Shown: in pieces, positions 39,441 through 42,683 of the stretch
Layout of the letters: every line of letters begins with the position of its first letter
How positions within the stretch are numbered: the stretch's first letter is position 1
Assembly (NCBI GenBank): GCA_040752975.1
Contig: JBFMHF010000053.1
Coordinates: forward strand, 1 to 42,683
Direction of reading: 5' to 3'
DNA: 42,683 bases
Source of the DNA: Myxococcota bacterium
Lineage (GTDB): Bacteria > Myxococcota > Myxococcia > Myxococcales > Myxococcaceae
Notes under the pieces: generated by a model
Database searches by the model: none
Told to the model about the DNA's origin: nothing
The model's input: only the letters and a program-made list of their open reading frames with translations
Program-made: the position numbers and the translations under genes

Positions 39441-41173
39441 GGCTTGCTGACCCTCGACAGCGCGGCGCGCGCGGCGGCCTTCACCCGCGGGGTGGCCATC
39501 AGCTTGTGCGAGAGGGCTTCGAGCGGCTTCTTCGCCGCCGAGTCACCCAGCACCGCCAGCGCCCCGATGCAGGCCACGGTGACGTCCGGGTCGTGCCGCT
39601 TCTCGAGCTCCACCAGCAGCACCTCGGTGGCCGCCTTGCCGCCCAGCTTCCCCAGCGCGGAGTAGACGCGGGTGCGCTCTTCGTCACCGACGTCGGGGCG
39701 CTCGAGCAGCTTCCCCAACGCCCTGGCCACCGACGGGTCCTCCAGTTCCACGCTGAGCCTCAGCAGCCGGGTGCGCACCGCCTCGTCTTCGTCGGACAGG
39801 TGGGCGGAGAGGACGCCCCGGGGCAAGCGAGGGGCCAGGGTGGGGGTGAGCGCGTTGGCGGCGAGGCGGCGCACCTCGACCTCCTTGTGCTCGAGGCCCT
39901 GGGCCAGCAGCCGGGCCGCGTCGGGCGGGGCCATGGTGTCGAGGCGCTTCAGGAACTCTGCGAAGGACGCGGCGTTGAGGTCGGCGACGTTGACGGCCAG
40001 CGTGCCCTGCGCCGGAGACAACTCCACCAGCAGGCCGGCGGCGGCGGCCCGCGCGTTGGCGTTGGTGAGGCGGGCCACCTGGTCCTTGAAGCCTGCACCC
40101 AGCGAGGGGGCGATGACCTTGAGGGCCTCCAGCGCGTCGGGGGCGTTGCCCTCGGTGGCGTCCAGGGTCTTGAGGAGCGGGTCGATGAAGGCGGGGGAGA
40201 CGAAGAAGTTCTTGAGCGCGGCGAGCAGCTTCACGCGCGTCTGGCCCAGCTGCGAGTCGTCGCGCGCGTCGGAGATGAGCGCCTGGTACGCGTCGAGGGT
40301 GGGGCGGAAGATGCCGCGCTCGGCCAGGTTCCTGAAGACGTCGGCCAGCCTTCGGAAAAAGCCTTCCAGCTCGGGGCTGGCGGACAGCACCGCCGCGTTG
40401 AGGAGCGCCCGGGCCCCGCGCGTCACGGCGCCCTGTCGGGGGTTGATGCCCTCGGCGAAGTTCTCCATGTCGGTGGAGGACAGGTGCAGCGACGCCAGCT
40501 TCGCGTCCTGCTGGGCCAGCTTTTCGCCGGTGACGCCGCGCACCAACTCGGAGCGCAGCAGCGCCACGTCGTCTGCGGACACCCGCAGCAGCATGGGGCC
40601 CACGTCGCCGCCGGCGCTGGCGGACTCGCTGGCCATGGCGTTGATGAGGGCGTCCAGCTCCTCCTTGGCCTGCTTCTGGCTGGTGGCGTTCTCGTCGCCC
40701 TCCTCGTCGGTGAGGCTGAAGGTGTCCAGCACCACGAGGTGAATGGACTGGAGCTCGAGTTCCCAGCAGCGGGTGGACAGGGCCTCGGTCTCCTGCGGGT
40801 TCATCACCACGTTCATCCACGCGTCGAAGAAGGCGTCACGCTCGTGGTCCGGCGGCGCCGCGCCGAAGGTGATGCGGCGGATGCCTTCATTGAAGAGAGG
40901 CATCGTCATCGGGTCACGCTGGCCCACCTTGCCGCCCACCAGCTCGCCGTCGAAGGTGAGGCCGTTCAAGGTGACCTCGAGGTTGAGCTCTTCCGTCTGC
41001 AGCACGGCGCCGAAGTGCTCGCGCAGGCGCTGCAACGCAGCGGTGGAGAGCGGGTGGCCCCGGCCGTAGGAGCGCGTGGAGTCGATGGCCCGGCGCATCA
41101 GCTGCATCAGCAGCGTGATGGCCTGACGTCGCGCGTTCCCTGCCTTGTCAGCCTGCGCCATGTCGGAGGGCAA
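39437..41173 (-). CDS. HEAT/ARM-repeat protein
   Basis: Repeated helical units ending ...VRRLAANALTP..., ...AVRTRLLRLSVEL..., ...VTVACIGALAVLGDS... are typical HEAT repeats. Co-operonic with the HD-domain gene. Confidence 0.65.
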   Translation of the reverse strand: MPSDMAQADKAGNARRQAITLLMQLMRRAIDSTRSYGRGHPLSTAALQRLREHFGAVLQTEELNLEVTLNGLTFDGELVGGKVGQRDPMTMPLFNEGIRRITFGAAPPDHERDAFFDAWMNVVMNPQETEALSTRCWELELQSIHLVVLDTFSLTDEEGDENATSQKQAKEELDALINAMASESASAGGDVGPMLLRVSADDVALLRSELVRGVTGEKLAQQDAKLASLHLSSTDMENFAEGINPRQGAVTRGARALLNAAVLSASPELEGFFRRLADVFRNLAERGIFRPTLDAYQALISDARDDSQLGQTRVKLLAALKNFFVSPAFIDPLLKTLDATEGNAPDALEALKVIAPSLGAGFKDQVARLTNANARAAAAGLLVELSPAQGTLAVNVADLNAASFAEFLKRLDTMAPPDAARLLAQGLEHKEVEVRRLAANALTPTLAPRLPRGVLSAHLSDEDEAVRTRLLRLSVELEDPSVARALGKLLERPDVGDEERTRVYSALGKLGGKAATEVLLVELEKRHDPDVTVACIGALAVLGDSAAKKPLEALSHKLMATPRVKAAARAALSRVSKP

Positions 41174-41218
41174 CCATAGACGAAGACGCCCCTCTCCCCC
41201 ATCAGGGGTGAGAAGGCG

Positions 41219-42355
41219 TCAGGACGCGCGCTCGGTGGGGTCGACGCCCACGAAGCTGGCGGCCTCGAGGCCTTGCGCGAGCGCGCGGTGCTCGGCGGAA
41301 CCGAGTCGGGCCAGGCCGTCCTCCGGCCCGCGGACGAATTTCCGCACCAGCGCGTCCACGCGCCCAACTGCCGCGTCGAGCTGCGCGGCCGGCACCTCGC
41401 CGGACTGAACGGCCTTCACCACCGCCTCGATGGCGCCGCGCTGCGCGTCCTCGTGGTGGCAGACGAGGAACTGGTCCGCGCCGGCCTTGAGGCCTTCCAC
41501 CGCGGCGCGGGCGACGGAGTAGTGGTCGGCGATGGCCTTCATCTCGAGGTCATCGCTGACGACGACGCCCGAGAAGCCGAGCTCGTCGCGCAGGAGGCCC
41601 GTCAGCGCCTTGCGGCTCATCGTGGCGGGCGTCGTGGGCTCGAGCGCCTCGAAGACGACGTGCGCCGTCATCAGCGAGGCGAGGCCGGCCTTCGCGTAGG
41701 CCGAGAAGGGGACCAGCTCGACCTGGCGCAGCCGTTCCAGCCCGTGAGGCAGCGAAGGGAGGTCGAGGTGGCTGTCCTTCGTGGTGTCGCCGTGGCCGGG
41801 GAAGTGTTTGCCGCACGAGGCCACGCCGCCCTCTTCCAGGCCCTGGGCGAGCGCGACGCCCAGCCGCGCCACCTCCTGCGCGTCGGAGTGGAGCGAGCGG
41901 TCTGCGATGACGGGGTTCTTCGGGTTGGTGTCGACGTCCAGCACGGGCGCGTAGTCCTGGTCGAAGCCCAGCGCGCGCACCTCGTACGCCAGCAGCCGGC
42001 CCACGCGCTGGGCGAGCGAGGCGTCTCGCGTCCGTCCCACCTCGCGCATGGGCGGCAGCGCGGTGAAGGGCGGGCCTCGCAGCCGCGCCACGCGTCCTCC
42101 CTCCTGGTCGACGGAAAGGAGCAACGGGCGTCCGGCGTGGGCCTTCAGGGCCTTCACCAGCGCGGCCACCTGCTGGGCGGACTCCACGTTGCGTTTGAAG
42201 AGGATGACGCCGCCCACCCCGTCGTCGATGAGGCGCTGGACGTGGCGGTTGGGTGCGGCGCCGTCGAAGCCGACGACGAAGAGGCGCGCGACGCGGCGGT
42301 ACAGGTCAGAGACGCTCATGGGCGACCTACCCTCATCTCCTGGGGAGGGTGTCAC
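41219..42355 (-). CDS. nagZ: Beta-N-acetylhexosaminidase NagZ (GH3)
   Basis: GH3 N-terminal domain motifs GGVILF, KHFPGHG, SDDLEM. The likely start is the Met at ~42320 (MSVSDLYRR). Confidence 0.85.
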   Translation of the reverse strand: MTPSPGDEGRSPMSVSDLYRRVARLFVVGFDGAAPNRHVQRLIDDGVGGVILFKRNVESAQQVAALVKALKAHAGRPLLLSVDQEGGRVARLRGPPFTALPPMREVGRTRDASLAQRVGRLLAYEVRALGFDQDYAPVLDVDTNPKNPVIADRSLHSDAQEVARLGVALAQGLEEGGVASCGKHFPGHGDTTKDSHLDLPSLPHGLERLRQVELVPFSAYAKAGLASLMTAHVVFEALEPTTPATMSRKALTGLLRDELGFSGVVVSDDLEMKAIADHYSVARAAVEGLKAGADQFLVCHHEDAQRGAIEAVVKAVQSGEVPAAQLDAAVGRVDALVRKFVRGPEDGLARLGSAEHRALAQGLEAASFVGVDPTERAS

Positions 42356-42506
42356 CTACCACAGGAGGAAGGAGGTCATTCGTCGAGCGGCGCGGCGACC
42401 CGGAGCGCTGGGCGTGGGCGATCAGTCCGGCGGGACGGGTGGAGAGGAGAACGCGCGAGAGGCGTGTCCAGCGTCGGCACGGGCGCACGGCGGCGGTGAA
42501 GCACCC

Positions 42507-42683
42507 GTCGTCTCCGGCGCGCAGAGTCGGCGACGCGAGCGACGAGGCAGGTGCGCGCGGTGGCGGGGAGGCGCGCAGAGTCAGCGACGCGAGCGACGAG
42601 GCAGGTACGCGCGGTGGCGGGGAAGCGCGCAGAGTCAGCGACGCGAGCGAGCAGGGAGGCGAGGCGCCCGCCGTCTCCAGCGC
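42507..42683. repeat. Tandem ~54-bp GC-rich repeat (at least 3 units), continuing past the window edge
   Basis: gcgcgcagagtcagcgacgcgagcgacgaggcaggtgcgcgcggtggcggggagg is repeated head-to-tail. Confidence 0.6.

Overview
The window is about 70% GC and its gene content points to a myxobacterium (Myxococcaceae-like). The evidence is many Pkn-type Ser/Thr kinases, a TIGR02996-type repeat-companion motif, FHA domains, an abundance of lipoproteins and very high third-position GC in codons. About 38 coding genes are supported. They include: a TonB-dependent receptor with an N-terminal TonB_C-like extension; an ECF sigma / anti-sigma / Met-His-rich periplasmic protein module; two Ser/Thr kinases; a Zn-alcohol dehydrogenase (ADH) with an in-frame insertion; a DUF1152 protein; thioredoxin-like redox proteins; an AbiEi_N + DUF559 protein; a pentameric ligand-gated ion channel (pLGIC); a glutaredoxin-like + DsbD/CcdA fusion; a GH1 beta-glucosidase; a NagZ hexosaminidase; and an HD-domain plus HEAT-repeat gene pair. 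The key feature is a complete bacterial homologue of the eukaryotic Major Vault Protein (MVP) at 24156..26306. It aligns with human MVP from the first repeat through the shoulder domain to the extreme C-terminal cap helix. Immediately after its stop codon lies a ~1.2-kb tandem array of ~106-bp palindrome-rich units. Two further GC-rich tandem-repeat arrays occur (29170..29720 and 42507..end). One repeat unit encodes the C-terminus of an adenylyl-sulfate (APS) kinase. A ~105-bp duplicated segment sits in frame inside the ADH gene. A membrane-protein gene is split by an in-frame TGA. Several long ORFs in the six-frame track are high-GC or repeat-driven antisense artefacts and are rejected. My line-based base counting was sometimes 1 nt off from the track coordinates. 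Track-derived coordinates were preferred.
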